Source: an uncultured Candidatus Saccharibacteria bacterium
Lineage (GTDB): Bacteria > Patescibacteriota > Minisyncoccia > Phycocordibacterales > DATGWK01
Reading direction: 5' to 3'
NCBI GenBank assembly: GCA_964390475.1
Contig: CAYMIB010000002.1
Location: forward strand, 1 to 42,995
DNA length: 42,995 bases
How positions within the stretch are numbered: the stretch's first letter is position 1; each line of letters starts with the position of its first letter. Below are positions 18,972-28,177 of the stretch, piece by piece. Made by a program: the position numbers and the translations under genes. The notes beneath the pieces are model-generated. The model searched no databases. It was not told the DNA's origin and worked only from the letters and a program-made list of their open reading frames with translations.

Positions 18972-20408
18972 TCAATGTTTCAATGGCAAGGTGATGTGGA
19001 AGGTTGTACCTTTCCCCTCTTCGCTTTCAAAAGTCATGTCGCCACCGTGACGAGTGATGATGGTTTTAACGATAAAAAGACCGAGGCCAGAGCCCTCTGG
19101 GTCAAGCGCCTTGGCGTTGTCGGCCCGAAAGAAACGATTAAAGATATTTGACTGCTGATCCTTTGGAATTCCAATGCCGTTGTCGGAGACCGTAACATTC
19201 ATGGTGTTTGGATCCTTTAGTTTGAAATCGATAGTGATAGTACCACCAGATTTTGTATATTTTAGAGAATTTTCAATAAGGTTTTGAAAAACCGCTCGCA
19301 TTTTCTGTGGATCAATAGAAACCTTTGGTAGATTTTCTTCTTTTGTTATGACCAAACCAACATTTCGACGCTTCGATTCATTTCCAACTTCATCAATGAT
19401 GTTGTTAACGAGGTCAACGATGTCGATATCAAGAAAAGAAAAACCCATGGCGCCGGATTCAATTCGGTCAACACCAAGCATGTCGCGTATCAAATTAATA
19501 ATTCGCTCGTTGTATTCATAAGCCTTCATAAGAAGCGCTCTCTGTTCGGTGGTCAAAGGACCAACGTCGTTGGTTTTCAGCAAGGTGTCCAGTGTCCATT
19601 TAATAGCCGAAAGCGGCGTACGCAACTGATGCGAAACGGTCGAAACGAATTCTGATTTATCTTTATTTAGCTGTTCGAAACGCTCGTTTTGCTTTGTTAA
19701 GTCCAGATCCTTGCGAACTAACTGACGAGCATAGCTGTTGTAAGCCTCGTTTAGAAGTCGAAGGCGTTCGGCCTGGAGCTGAGCTCGACGACGACCCTCC
19801 GAGAGTTGTTCCTCGCGATTTTTAATAACCGAAGTCAGGTAACCCGCCAAGGCGCCAACAATAAAATAAATGGCGGTGGTGGTGATCGTCGAAGTCAGAG
19901 TAACCAAAAACTGATCCCAAGACATCACTCCATCGCCAGGGTAACCAGGAATGTTCTCGAGAAGGTGGTAATACTCGAGCACAACCATACTGTTTATAAA
20001 AAAACCGGAAACAAAAGCAATAATGAGAGAACCAACAACATCGAAGAGAATAATCGACGAAACGATAGGAATAAAGAAGAAAATCGGCGCGACACTTTCG
20101 GCACCGCCTGACAAATGAAGAATTATAGTGAAAAACAGTAGCTCGGAGCAGATCTGACTGATCGCCACGATGTTCAGATACTGACTTTTGTTATGCGATT
20201 CAATGTAGCTGACGAGTTTATAAAAAACCACGTTCATTAAGATGAACGAGAAAAAAAGGAAAAGCATCGTCGGCACCGGGAAAAAGTTTTTTCCCAATGG
20301 ATCGAGCTTTGAAAGCAGGCCCATAGCAAAAAGCGTCGGCGCATAAAACCAACGGGCCTTAATCATCCACCGATTGGCTTCAAATTTGTTTTGATGAACT
20401 AATTTCAC
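18972..20408 (-). CDS. Sensor histidine kinase (multi-TM N-terminus, HisKA + HATPase_c)
   Basis: 478 aa. H-box FVSTVSHQLRTPLSAI; N/G boxes DNGIGIP and GSGLGLFIVK. Confidence 0.85.
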   Translation of the reverse strand: MKLVHQNKFEANRWMIKARWFYAPTLFAMGLLSKLDPLGKNFFPVPTMLFLFFSFILMNVVFYKLVSYIESHNKSQYLNIVAISQICSELLFFTIILHLSGGAESVAPIFFFIPIVSSIILFDVVGSLIIAFVSGFFINSMVVLEYYHLLENIPGYPGDGVMSWDQFLVTLTSTITTTAIYFIVGALAGYLTSVIKNREEQLSEGRRRAQLQAERLRLLNEAYNSYARQLVRKDLDLTKQNERFEQLNKDKSEFVSTVSHQLRTPLSAIKWTLDTLLKTNDVGPLTTEQRALLMKAYEYNERIINLIRDMLGVDRIESGAMGFSFLDIDIVDLVNNIIDEVGNESKRRNVGLVITKEENLPKVSIDPQKMRAVFQNLIENSLKYTKSGGTITIDFKLKDPNTMNVTVSDNGIGIPKDQQSNIFNRFFRADNAKALDPEGSGLGLFIVKTIITRHGGDMTFESEEGKGTTFHITLPLKH

Positions 20409-20557
20409 GACGTTTCTTTTGTGAAATTATAACATGTGGTTTTTAGGATTTACCCACCACACTATCCCCGATTTCGTCTATTCTTCTGTTTTCTTTAATT
20501 AATCTTAATAAAAACTTGATTACGTACTCACTATGATCTATAGCACGAATAAAATCG

Positions 20558-21202
20558 ATGGTCTATATTTTTCTGGATGAATCTGGCGATTTGGGCTTTA
20601 ATTTTAAAAAGAAGAAAACTTCGAGGTATTTTATTATTACTGCCCTATTAACAAAAAATAAGACTCAGCTGGAGAAAATAGTTAAGAAAATATTTAGGGA
20701 CCTTGCTCCGAATGAAATTAAAACCCGCGGTGGAACATTGCACGCTCACAAAGAAAGTCCGAAAACAAGGCAAAAATTACTCGGATTATTTCACAATCAA
20801 ACGGGTACAAATATTGCTGTTATTTATATAAAGAAACAGATAGCTCACACAAACTTATTCAAGAAAAAACATCATTTATATTCTCAAATTATAAATGAAT
20901 TGCTCAGTAGAATATGTGAGAAAGAACTAATACCAAAAAATGAGATACTTCACATTTACGCTTCAAGAAGAGAGACCAACCGATCTCTGAATACTCACTT
21001 TTCCTCCTATCTTAAAAAGGAGTTAGAAACCCATTATAAAATAAGTGCTGAGATTTGTGTTCTTTCACCGTCGGCTGAAAAGGGTCTGCAGGTTGCTGAT
21101 ATGATCTCCTGGTCAATTTTCAGAAAATATGAACACGGTGACATAACTTACTACGAGACCATAGCAAAGGAAATTATTGAGGAAAATCAATTACACCCGT
21201 AG
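20558..21202 (+). CDS. DUF3800-family protein
   Basis: 214 aa. The N-terminal VYIFLDESGDLGF motif is typical of DUF3800. It is the only + strand gene in this stretch. Confidence 0.6.
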   Translation: MVYIFLDESGDLGFNFKKKKTSRYFIITALLTKNKTQLEKIVKKIFRDLAPNEIKTRGGTLHAHKESPKTRQKLLGLFHNQTGTNIAVIYIKKQIAHTNLFKKKHHLYSQIINELLSRICEKELIPKNEILHIYASRRETNRSLNTHFSSYLKKELETHYKISAEICVLSPSAEKGLQVADMISWSIFRKYEHGDITYYETIAKEIIEENQLHP

Positions 21203-21318
21203 GAAAAGCAAAACCTCGAACGCTATTTTAGAGGAACCATACGGAGCCCCACGTTCGAGGAATTACTTGCTTATTGGAGAGTGTACACGAAACTGCAATA
21301 AAATCAAGTCGACAAAGC

Positions 21319-23376
21319 TTATTTCTTATTTTGATATAAGCGTTCCAACTCCGCGATCTCATCGCGTAAAATCGCCGCGGTTTCGAAGTCGAGGATTTTT
21401 ACGGCATTAGACATTTGAAGCTTTTTTTCTTTGAGCAAACCTTTTGGTTTCTTTTTGAAAATTTGAGCGTCGATGGCGAGCAGATTCTGGACAGCCTTTG
21501 AATGTTCGCTTCGCATACTTTCTGAAATATCTCGAATCGCCTTGCTAATCGTTTTCGGAGTAATGCCGTGTTTTTTATTGTATTCGAGTTGAAGGGTTCG
21601 GCGGCGGTTGGTTTCGCCTATCGCTCGTTCCATCGAGCCAGTTACACGGTCGGCGTAAAGCACGACTTCACCCTCGATATTTCGAGCGGCGCGGCCGATA
21701 ATCTGTATTAGCGACGTTTCTGAACGCAAAAAACCTTCCTTATCAGCGTCGAGGATGCCGATGAAAGCCAATTCGGGCAAATCGAGACCTTCTCGAAGCA
21801 GGTTGACGCCAACAAGCACGTCGAACTCGCCACGGCGGAAACGAGTCAAAATTTCTATGCGCTCGATGGTCAAAATGTCACTATGTAAATATTCCGCTTT
21901 GATTTTTCGCTCTTTCAAAAACTCGCTCAGATCTTCCGCCATTTTTTTGGTCAGAGTGGTTGCAACCGCTCGATGCCCGCGTTTTATAAAATCTTCGGCT
22001 TTTTCTATGAAGTCCTGAACTTGGCCTTTGTAGGCGTTTTTCCCACCAGAGGCGCCGACCGAGCTCGCCATCACCGGCAACACGGTAATTTTCGGATCAA
22101 TCAAACCAGTCGGGCGAATCACCTGCTCGACAACATTTTCGCTATGCTCTGCTTCATATTTTCCCGGCGTCGCAGAAGTGTAAATCACCTGCCCGACTCG
22201 TTCCTCAAATTCATTGAACTTCAAGGGGCGGTTGTCTCGGGCTGACGGCAAACGAAAACCGTGATCAATGAGGGTTTTCTTTCGAGCCGCATCGCCGTTA
22301 TACATACCACCAATTTGCGGCACGGTGACATGCGATTCATCAATGATTGTCAGGAAATCCGGCGAACCGTCGGCTTTATGCGGAAAATATGAGAGTAAAG
22401 AATCTGGCGCATCACCAGCGATCCGTCCAGAAAAATGACGCGAATAATTTTCGATTCCACTGCAATAGCCAATTTCGCGGATCAGAGCTAGATCATACCG
22501 AGTGCGACGCTTGAGACGTTCGTGTTCGAGCACCTTGCCTTCTTTTTTAAAAAGTTTGAGCTGTTCTTCGAGTTCAGACTCGATCGTTTTAAGCGCATGT
22601 TCCACTTGCTCAGGGTTGGTAATGAAATGCTTTGCTGGAAAAAGAAAGAAAACTTTTACATCTTCCAAAATAGTGCCCGAAACACCCTCAATTTTTTTAA
22701 TGCTCACAATCTCATCGCCGTTTTTTCCAGTCCCGAGCTCGAGTCGATACACCACTTTTTCGTTGACAGGCATGATTTCGATCGAATTGCCCACCGCTCG
22801 GAATAAACCAGGGGTCAAGTCGGCATTGGTTCGTTCAAAATGAAGACCAATGAGAGCACGCATAAAATCGCCGCGATAGATTCCCTGCCCGCGCTCGATT
22901 CGCATATTTACTTTTTCGTACTCCACTGGACTACCAAGGCCATAAATACACGACACCGAAGCAACAATGATCACATCCTTCCTAGTGAGCAAAGCTTGAG
23001 TCGACGCGTGCCGAAGGCGGTCGATTTCTTCATTTATCTGTGCTTCCTTCTCTATATATGTATCCGTCACCGGCATATAGGCTTCCGGCTGATAATAGTC
23101 GTAGTAGGAAACAAAATAATGCACGGCGTTGTTAGGGAAAAATTCGCGATATTCCTGGGCAAGCTGAGCGGCCAGAGTTTTGTTGTGGGCAATAACCAGC
23201 GTCGGTTTGCCGGCGTTTGCAATGACATTGGCCACCGTAAACGTTTTTCCCGAGCCAGTTACGCCAAAAAGCGTCTGATGCTGCAGACCTTTTTTGAGTC
23301 CGTCAGTTAGACCTTGGATCGCCTTAGGCTGATCACCGGCCGGGGCGAATTCGGATTTGAGGTTAAAGAGGGACAT
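21319..23376 (-). CDS. uvrB: Excinuclease ABC subunit B
   Basis: 685 aa. GVTGSGKT, IIDESHVT and the C-terminal UVR motif FETAAILRDEIAELE. Confidence 0.95.
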   Translation of the reverse strand: MSLFNLKSEFAPAGDQPKAIQGLTDGLKKGLQHQTLFGVTGSGKTFTVANVIANAGKPTLVIAHNKTLAAQLAQEYREFFPNNAVHYFVSYYDYYQPEAYMPVTDTYIEKEAQINEEIDRLRHASTQALLTRKDVIIVASVSCIYGLGSPVEYEKVNMRIERGQGIYRGDFMRALIGLHFERTNADLTPGLFRAVGNSIEIMPVNEKVVYRLELGTGKNGDEIVSIKKIEGVSGTILEDVKVFFLFPAKHFITNPEQVEHALKTIESELEEQLKLFKKEGKVLEHERLKRRTRYDLALIREIGYCSGIENYSRHFSGRIAGDAPDSLLSYFPHKADGSPDFLTIIDESHVTVPQIGGMYNGDAARKKTLIDHGFRLPSARDNRPLKFNEFEERVGQVIYTSATPGKYEAEHSENVVEQVIRPTGLIDPKITVLPVMASSVGASGGKNAYKGQVQDFIEKAEDFIKRGHRAVATTLTKKMAEDLSEFLKERKIKAEYLHSDILTIERIEILTRFRRGEFDVLVGVNLLREGLDLPELAFIGILDADKEGFLRSETSLIQIIGRAARNIEGEVVLYADRVTGSMERAIGETNRRRTLQLEYNKKHGITPKTISKAIRDISESMRSEHSKAVQNLLAIDAQIFKKKPKGLLKEKKLQMSNAVKILDFETAAILRDEIAELERLYQNKK

Positions 23377-23426
23377 TACGGTAGTTATAGCATAATCACG
23401 ATAAAAATTTTAGAGAAATTAAAAAA

Positions 23427-23453
23427 ACGCGGAGTGTCCGAAGACCCCCGCGT
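23427..23453 (-). terminator. Strong intrinsic terminator ending the helicase/hairpin-tail transcript
   Basis: Minus strand: ACGCGGgggtc-TTCG-gacactCCGCGT followed by TTTTTTT. The loop is a cUUCGg tetraloop. This is the first terminator-like structure downstream of the helicase stop. Confidence 0.75.
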
Positions 23454-23456
23454 CTG

Positions 23457-24101
23457 TAGAAGAGAAAAGAACAACTAACTAGACAGAACCCTACGAAACT
23501 GAACACCAGAAACGCCCACAAAGCCTTTCAGCAATGTGAGCCTGTACTCGACCCGAGATCACTGAACAGTACTGCACGATACCACGCATCACATGGCGAT
23601 AATCGAATAGTGCGAGACGTTTTTCAACGCCCTGCACTCTGAACTACAACGAACAAAAGAGGACTTGGCGACACAGTACAATGCGCCAGTAAATCGAACT
23701 CAAATGTACACGAAAGGCCTTTCGGCTTCTCGTGTCGGCACAGAAGATCACAGGAGGCCACCGAACTACAGGTCACGACGCTACAGAGAACCTAACTGGA
23801 CTCAATCAGAAACGCACCAAGGACCTTCCGGCCTCCGGTGCCTGTACCAATCAATACTGTACCTAACAGTACACGACACCAGGTCACTAGAATTACAAGT
23901 GCACAGAAGCCCTTTCGGATTTCTGTGCCGATAGAGAACCGGACCTTAGGGTGCTCTAGAATACAGAACTCCACGGGACAGCACTTAACCTAAAATTGCA
24001 CAGAGTGATCGAAAGATTACTCTGTGCCTAAAGTACACCATACTGTACTCAGCGACACAGAGCGGCAGAGTACAAAAGTGAACCATGTGTCCGGCTACAA
24101 A
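23457..24101 (-). ncRNA. Hairpin-unit tail downstream of the helicase ORF (six hairpin units, no intervening terminator)
   Basis: Family hairpins at 23514-23541, 23610-23637, 23708-23735, 23814-23841, 23901-23928 and 23998-24027. Five are 28 nt (12 bp + GAAA/GGAA on the minus strand) and one is 30 nt. Spacing is 87-106 nt. No credible ORF, and no promoter or terminator between the helicase stop (24102) and 23453. Confidence 0.55.
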
Positions 24102-25940
24102 TTAGAGAAGCAGCTTCTCTGCATCCTTCACCGCGGCGTCAAACGTCAGGTCGCCCATGTAGACTTGCTGAAGATGTTTGGGCAGTGAAGCGAAGACGTG
24201 GCGACGGAACTGTTGGGAAATGAAGAACGTGACGCCAACATCGGAGCGGCTCCGAATGTTGCGTCCACGAACCTGAAGCGCTTGTTGCATTGCCCGCTGA
24301 CCCCAGATCGCCCAGCGCTGACCTCCCCACCGATCCTCCTCGAACTGAGTTCCAGGATCACGAGGGTTTGGATAACTTGGACGAAGAAAAAAGATGACGG
24401 GCGCCATCTGCCTTGGAAGATCAATTCCCTCGGCGTAGTTGGCGGCGGTACCAACCAAAGTACTTCCTTCACCCTGCTTGAAGATGTTGGCAGCTTCCTT
24501 GGCTGTTACACCGTTGCCGTAGCTGATTACCTCGAGACCCTCTTCTGCGGCCATCCGCAAAAAACGATCTCGTTCATCATTTGAAACGACAACCACCAAC
24601 GAACGTAGCCCCTTGTCGGCAAACTGCTTGCATGAACGTGCAATCTGACGCAACGTTTTTGGCAGATCCCGATCGCTCCGCGTATTTCTTGCGAGGTTTG
24701 GCGTGTCGGTTGGCATGTAGACCCTTGTATTGCTGGCTGGGAAATTCGAATCGAGAGACAGGAACGGATCCTTGATCCCCGTTTCGAACCCAAAGATCTC
24801 AGGGTTGCCAATCGTTGCCGACAGCGACACCCGGTTCTTAGGCAAAATCATTTTGATGAGCGGCACTACGTAGTAGCACCGCACCACCAACTTGGTTTGG
24901 AACCGACCTTCTGAGACACGTTCCCTTCTCTGGAATGCGCAGGTGTAGTTGAGTGCCTTCCTTTCTTCGGTTGGCACTGAATACTCAAGCGTTGAGATGT
25001 ACCGCCTGAGATCTCTCACGAGAGTCTCGAGCTTTTTCAATGTGACACGATCCTCACGTGGATCGATCTTGCCCTTTTTCACAGCATCTCTGATAGCAAC
25101 AGCAAGCTCTTTCACATCGATTTCCCGGAGGATTTCGATGAGTTGAAGAACTTGTGCTGGCTTGAGAAGCGCTGCTTCACCAACTGCCATGCGACCAGCG
25201 ATTGAAATCATCTTTCGCCTGAATGTCCTCAGGACTCTTGCGACCTTTGGGGCAACTGACGTCAGAATTTCTTCTGATCGCTTGAGGTGTAGATCAGTAA
25301 TGTCGTAGGAAAGAGAGTTGCGGACGACGTTTGCCAACTGATGCGCCTCGTCGATCACCACACCTTGAGTATTGAACTCCTTTGAAAACAAGTGGGTGAA
25401 GAGAAAGAAGGACATCGTTGAGAGCACAAGCCGTGCTTTCTTTGCCTTATACTTTTGCTGAAGATACGGGCAAGCCGTTGCTCCCTTCACATGAGTCTCG
25501 CCCGTTTCTTGGTCTACCCGATGCGGGCAGTCCTGAAGAAATGAACACGGAATCTGATCGGCACGAGGATTTTCTGGATCATCGACAAGTGTTTCAAGCG
25601 TTTCCGATGAAACTCTCGGCTCGTTCCGGTAATACAAGCACGGATGCTCATTTCGTCCCAAAGCAACTGGCAGATCCGGAAACTCTATCCGAATCTGATC
25701 CAAAATCGTCTTGGTCGGCGTAATGATGAACACCGTACCGTCTGTCTGCGTTCGCATGTAGTTTGCGATCGCAAATTCCACAGCCGTTTTTCCTGTCCCT
25801 GTCGGCGCCTCGATGATTGCAGAGCCATGCTCCGCGTAAAACTCGAGCATGTCGTTTTGCACAACTCGTGGCTCACGATACACCGCCGTGCTTGGAAAGT
25901 GCGTTTTAAGCACTGGCAAGCTGATGGTCTTTTGGCCCAT
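24102..25940 (-). CDS. DinG/XPD (Rad3)-family SF2 helicase with four-Cys Fe-S cluster insertion
   Basis: 612 aa. Strong SD (gaAAGGAGGtccataATG). Walker A APTGTGKT. Cys cluster HPCLYY..IPCSFLQDCPH..ACPYLQ. DEAH box VVIDEAHQL. Motif VI QALQVRGRNIRSRSDVGVTFF. Confidence 0.8.
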   Translation of the reverse strand: MGQKTISLPVLKTHFPSTAVYREPRVVQNDMLEFYAEHGSAIIEAPTGTGKTAVEFAIANYMRTQTDGTVFIITPTKTILDQIRIEFPDLPVALGRNEHPCLYYRNEPRVSSETLETLVDDPENPRADQIPCSFLQDCPHRVDQETGETHVKGATACPYLQQKYKAKKARLVLSTMSFFLFTHLFSKEFNTQGVVIDEAHQLANVVRNSLSYDITDLHLKRSEEILTSVAPKVARVLRTFRRKMISIAGRMAVGEAALLKPAQVLQLIEILREIDVKELAVAIRDAVKKGKIDPREDRVTLKKLETLVRDLRRYISTLEYSVPTEERKALNYTCAFQRRERVSEGRFQTKLVVRCYYVVPLIKMILPKNRVSLSATIGNPEIFGFETGIKDPFLSLDSNFPASNTRVYMPTDTPNLARNTRSDRDLPKTLRQIARSCKQFADKGLRSLVVVVSNDERDRFLRMAAEEGLEVISYGNGVTAKEAANIFKQGEGSTLVGTAANYAEGIDLPRQMAPVIFFLRPSYPNPRDPGTQFEEDRWGGQRWAIWGQRAMQQALQVRGRNIRSRSDVGVTFFISQQFRRHVFASLPKHLQQVYMGDLTFDAAVKDAEKLLL

Positions 25941-26007
25941 TATGGACCTCCTTTCGATGTTACGATGTTACTTTAACGCTCAAACATTAAACAAAAAAAC
26001 AGAACTG

Positions 26008-26026
26008 AAACGCACACGATGCGTTT
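26008..26026 (-). promoter_or_regulatory. Hairpin in the helicase 5' leader (possible attenuator or bidirectional terminator)
   Basis: AAACGCA-n5-TGCGTTT. On the + strand it is followed directly by TTTTTTT. On the minus strand it is preceded by an A-run and followed by cagttctgttttttt. Confidence 0.35.
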
Positions 26027-26060
26027 TTTTGTCAAAAAGCTTAAATTACCTCCGGGCGCG

Positions 26061-26089
26061 AGAATATCACATTTATTTTAATTTGTAAA
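26061..26089 (-). promoter_or_regulatory. Extended -10 sigma70 promoter for the helicase transcript
   Basis: Minus strand: TTTACAaattaaaataaatgTGaTATTCT with a 17-nt spacer. Same design as the array promoters. Confidence 0.6.
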
Positions 26090-26114
26090 GCATTGGTCGC
26101 ACGTCTCGCTAGCA

Positions 26115-26383
26115 TAAAAAATGCCAGCAAATCTTTCGAAATGCTGGCCTGCACTATAGGAAACTGCACAATACGTAACATTACCTCACTCTACTTCGAT
26201 CAAATTGTCGGTTGCAGATTTCTCAGCAACCGACCAGTAGACCAGAAAAACTTACGGGACATTACCATGGTGTACGATACCCCACAGTATGAAGTGTCGA
26301 TCGAGTTTTTCAACCCGACCGACCCGCGCAGAACAATACCCTGCCGGACCGTAGACTTGTTAACTGAACCACGGGGCTTGTTC
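26115..26383 (-). ncRNA. Hairpin-RNA unit U7 (2 hairpins)
   Basis: Runs from the promoter in module A to the terminator GCCAGCAtttc-GAAA-gatttGCTGGC + AUUUUUU (26123-26148). Family hairpins at 26207-26234 and 26295-26322. Confidence 0.55.
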
Positions 26384-26389
26384 GATATT

Positions 26390-26446
26390 AGAATAACACG
26401 CCAGATTTGGCTTGTAAAGTAAAAGCCGAGGGTTGGGTACCTCGGC
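26390..26446 (-). promoter_or_regulatory. Fused terminator-promoter module A
   Basis: Minus strand: GCCGAGG-tacccaac-CCTCGGC cttttacTTTACA -17 nt- TGtTATTCT. The hairpin is at 26425-26446, the -35 at 26413-26418 and the -10 at 26390-26395. Confidence 0.6.
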
Positions 26447-26809
26447 GAGTAGAACACGGAGCTGAAGGCAAGGGCACGTTAGAAAGGTTGACCCTACGAC
26501 ACTGAACCGGAAGTGTTGGCTTTGTGTTCCCACAAAACTAACCTATAGAGAACTGAACATAACTCGAGTGTAGGATACCTAGCTGGACTCTAATGAAATT
26601 GTCAGTTCGACCTTTCGACCAAACTGACCTATAGGAAAGGAAACGCGAGATCACAACGCTGGACAGTACTCCACCTGACGCTACTCAACATTACTCAACT
26701 AAAATTGTCATCCGGATTTTTCAACCCAGATGACCCATAGAATGCAGTACACCACCGCACGGCACCTCACACCACTTGAGGCTACTCAACATTACTGAAC
26801 CCAAGTTCC
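26417..26809 (-). ncRNA. Hairpin-RNA unit U6 (3 hairpins)
   Basis: Lies between the module B promoter and the module A terminator. Hairpins at 26515-26542, 26601-26628 and 26707-26734. Confidence 0.55.
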
Positions 26810-26815
26810 AAAAGG

Positions 26816-26872
26816 ATAATAACACGGAATATAATTTTTGTAAAATAAAAGCCGAGGGTTGATTACCTCGGC
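26816..26872 (-). promoter_or_regulatory. Fused terminator-promoter module B
   Basis: Minus strand: GCCGAGG-taatcaac-CCTCGGC ttttatTTTACA -17 nt- TGtTATTAT. Hairpin at 26851-26872, -35 at 26839-26844, -10 at 26816-26821. Confidence 0.65.
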
Positions 26873-27663
26873 GTACACTGTGGTCGACTTCGCATGACGA
26901 TACGAAACTAGACACGAACAAACTTGAAGTGTTGGCTGACCTTTTCAAGTCCGCCAACGAGCAGTGCGACAAACATTACTATAGTGCACAACACAATACA
27001 GTGCGCTATTTACCAGGTGGTCAAAAGTGTCAGTCGAGCCTTTCGGTCCAACTGACCCAAACATCACGTTAGGAGAGAGTGCCTTACTGCACAATACCTA
27101 GCCTGACAAGACCAGACAAATCGTCAGCGAGATCTTTGAACCTCGCTGACCCATACAGCAGTTTACTATTCCTTACTAGACTGAGCTATGCTCTAGAACA
27201 GTGAACCGCGTTTATCTATTACAATATCTCAACCGATTTTTTCAAACCGGTCGAGCCTTAGAATACCGTGATGTAGAAGACAGGAGACTACGTCGCCATA
27301 CTCGACCTGAGTCTACCCGACGGTGAAAATTTGTCAGTCCAGTTTTCACCAAACTGACCGAAAGTGGAGAACACTTAGGTATACGGCACAATACCGTACG
27401 ATACCCTGGCGAACTAAAACGTCAGTTCAACCTTCCGGCTAGACTGACCTACAGATAACTGAACCTGACTCGAACGCAGGTTACCTAGCTGGACTCTAAT
27501 GAAATTGTCAGTTCGACCTTTCGACCAAACTGACCGATAGAAAACTCAACTTGGCGGAACAAAACTGGACGCAACTAGAATTGTCATCCGGATTTTTCAA
27601 CCCAGATGACCAGTACTGCTCAGTAGCCAACTGCGCGGGACTCAACCTTGCAATACTCTATCC
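26843..27663 (-). ncRNA. Hairpin-RNA unit U5 (8 hairpins, longest unit)
   Basis: Hairpins at 26931-26958, 27029-27056, 27123-27150, 27228-27255, 27333-27358, 27421-27448, 27507-27534 and 27583-27610. Bounded by the module C promoter and the module B terminator. Confidence 0.55.
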
Positions 27664-27669
27664 GAATGC

Positions 27670-27724
27670 ATAATAACATGAATTATTTTTTTGTAAAATA
27701 AAAACCGAGGGTTGGTTACCTCGG
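27670..27724 (-). promoter_or_regulatory. Fused terminator-promoter module C
   Basis: Minus strand: CCGAGG-taaccaac-CCTCGG tttttatTTTACA -16 nt- TGtTATTAT. Hairpin at 27705-27724, -35 at 27692-27697, -10 at 27670-27675. Confidence 0.6.
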
Positions 27725-28099
27725 CGAAAAGCTAAGTGCCAATCACTTCTTTCGAAGAGAATGGCCCATACACAGCGGTACCGCACGCCAGGCCACCTGA
27801 CCTTACAGTGGTACACGAAGCTGAAATTGCTAGTCGAACTTTTCAGTTCGACTAGCCGGTACAAGACTCATGAGTACACGACCGAAGTCAACAGAACACT
27901 ACCGGAAATGTCAGCGTCACCTCTCGGCGAAACTGACCTACAGAGGAGTCAACACTGGGTTGCTGCACAAAACTCTACCTAACACTGCTACACGAAAGGA
28001 CAAAATGTCGAACTTGTGTTTCCACAAGATCGACCCTCAGAACACAAAGCCAGACTGGACAGAGCAACACACCACTAAACCATGTTATAAAAGCTGTCT
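27697..28099 (-). ncRNA. Hairpin-RNA unit U4 (4 hairpins)
   Basis: Hairpins at 27738-27765, 27829-27856 (perfect 12 bp + GAAA), 27910-27937 (GAGA loop) and 28007-28034. Confidence 0.55.
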
Positions 28100-28105
28100 A
28101 GCAAG

Positions 28106-28159
28106 ACAATAACACAAATTATTTTTTTGTAAAGAAAAACCGGCCACTTGGACCGGTTT
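28106..28159 (-). promoter_or_regulatory. Fused terminator-promoter module D (terminates the 86-aa ORF, promotes U4)
   Basis: Minus strand: AAACCGGtccaagtggCCGGTTT ttcTTTACA -16 nt- TGtTATTGT. The hairpin sequence differs from the other modules, but the promoter half is conserved. Confidence 0.6.
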
Positions 28160-28177
28160 GTGCTGTGACTCAGAGAT

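Noticed and set aside
20558-21202. DUF3800 gene as part of the island or as a mobile-element marker
   Set aside because: It is separated from the island by the full uvrB gene. It has local low-GC composition and no shared promoter or hairpin elements.
21214-21260. 9-bp inverted repeat (CCTCGAACG...CGTTCGAGG) between the convergent DUF3800 and uvrB genes, considered as a terminator
   Set aside because: The loop is 29 nt and there is no adjacent U-run on either strand. It cannot be supported as an intrinsic terminator, and it is not a member of the island hairpin family.
23665-23974. ORFs 23665-23934 (+) and 23792-23974 (-) downstream of the helicase
   Set aside because: They are built from hairpin and linker sequence, have no RBS and have Arg/Pro-rich low-complexity products.
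24139-25976. Several 60-128-aa ORFs on both strands within the helicase gene
   Set aside because: They are nested in or antisense to a 612-aa ORF with clear helicase motifs. They are shadow frames of a GC-elevated gene.
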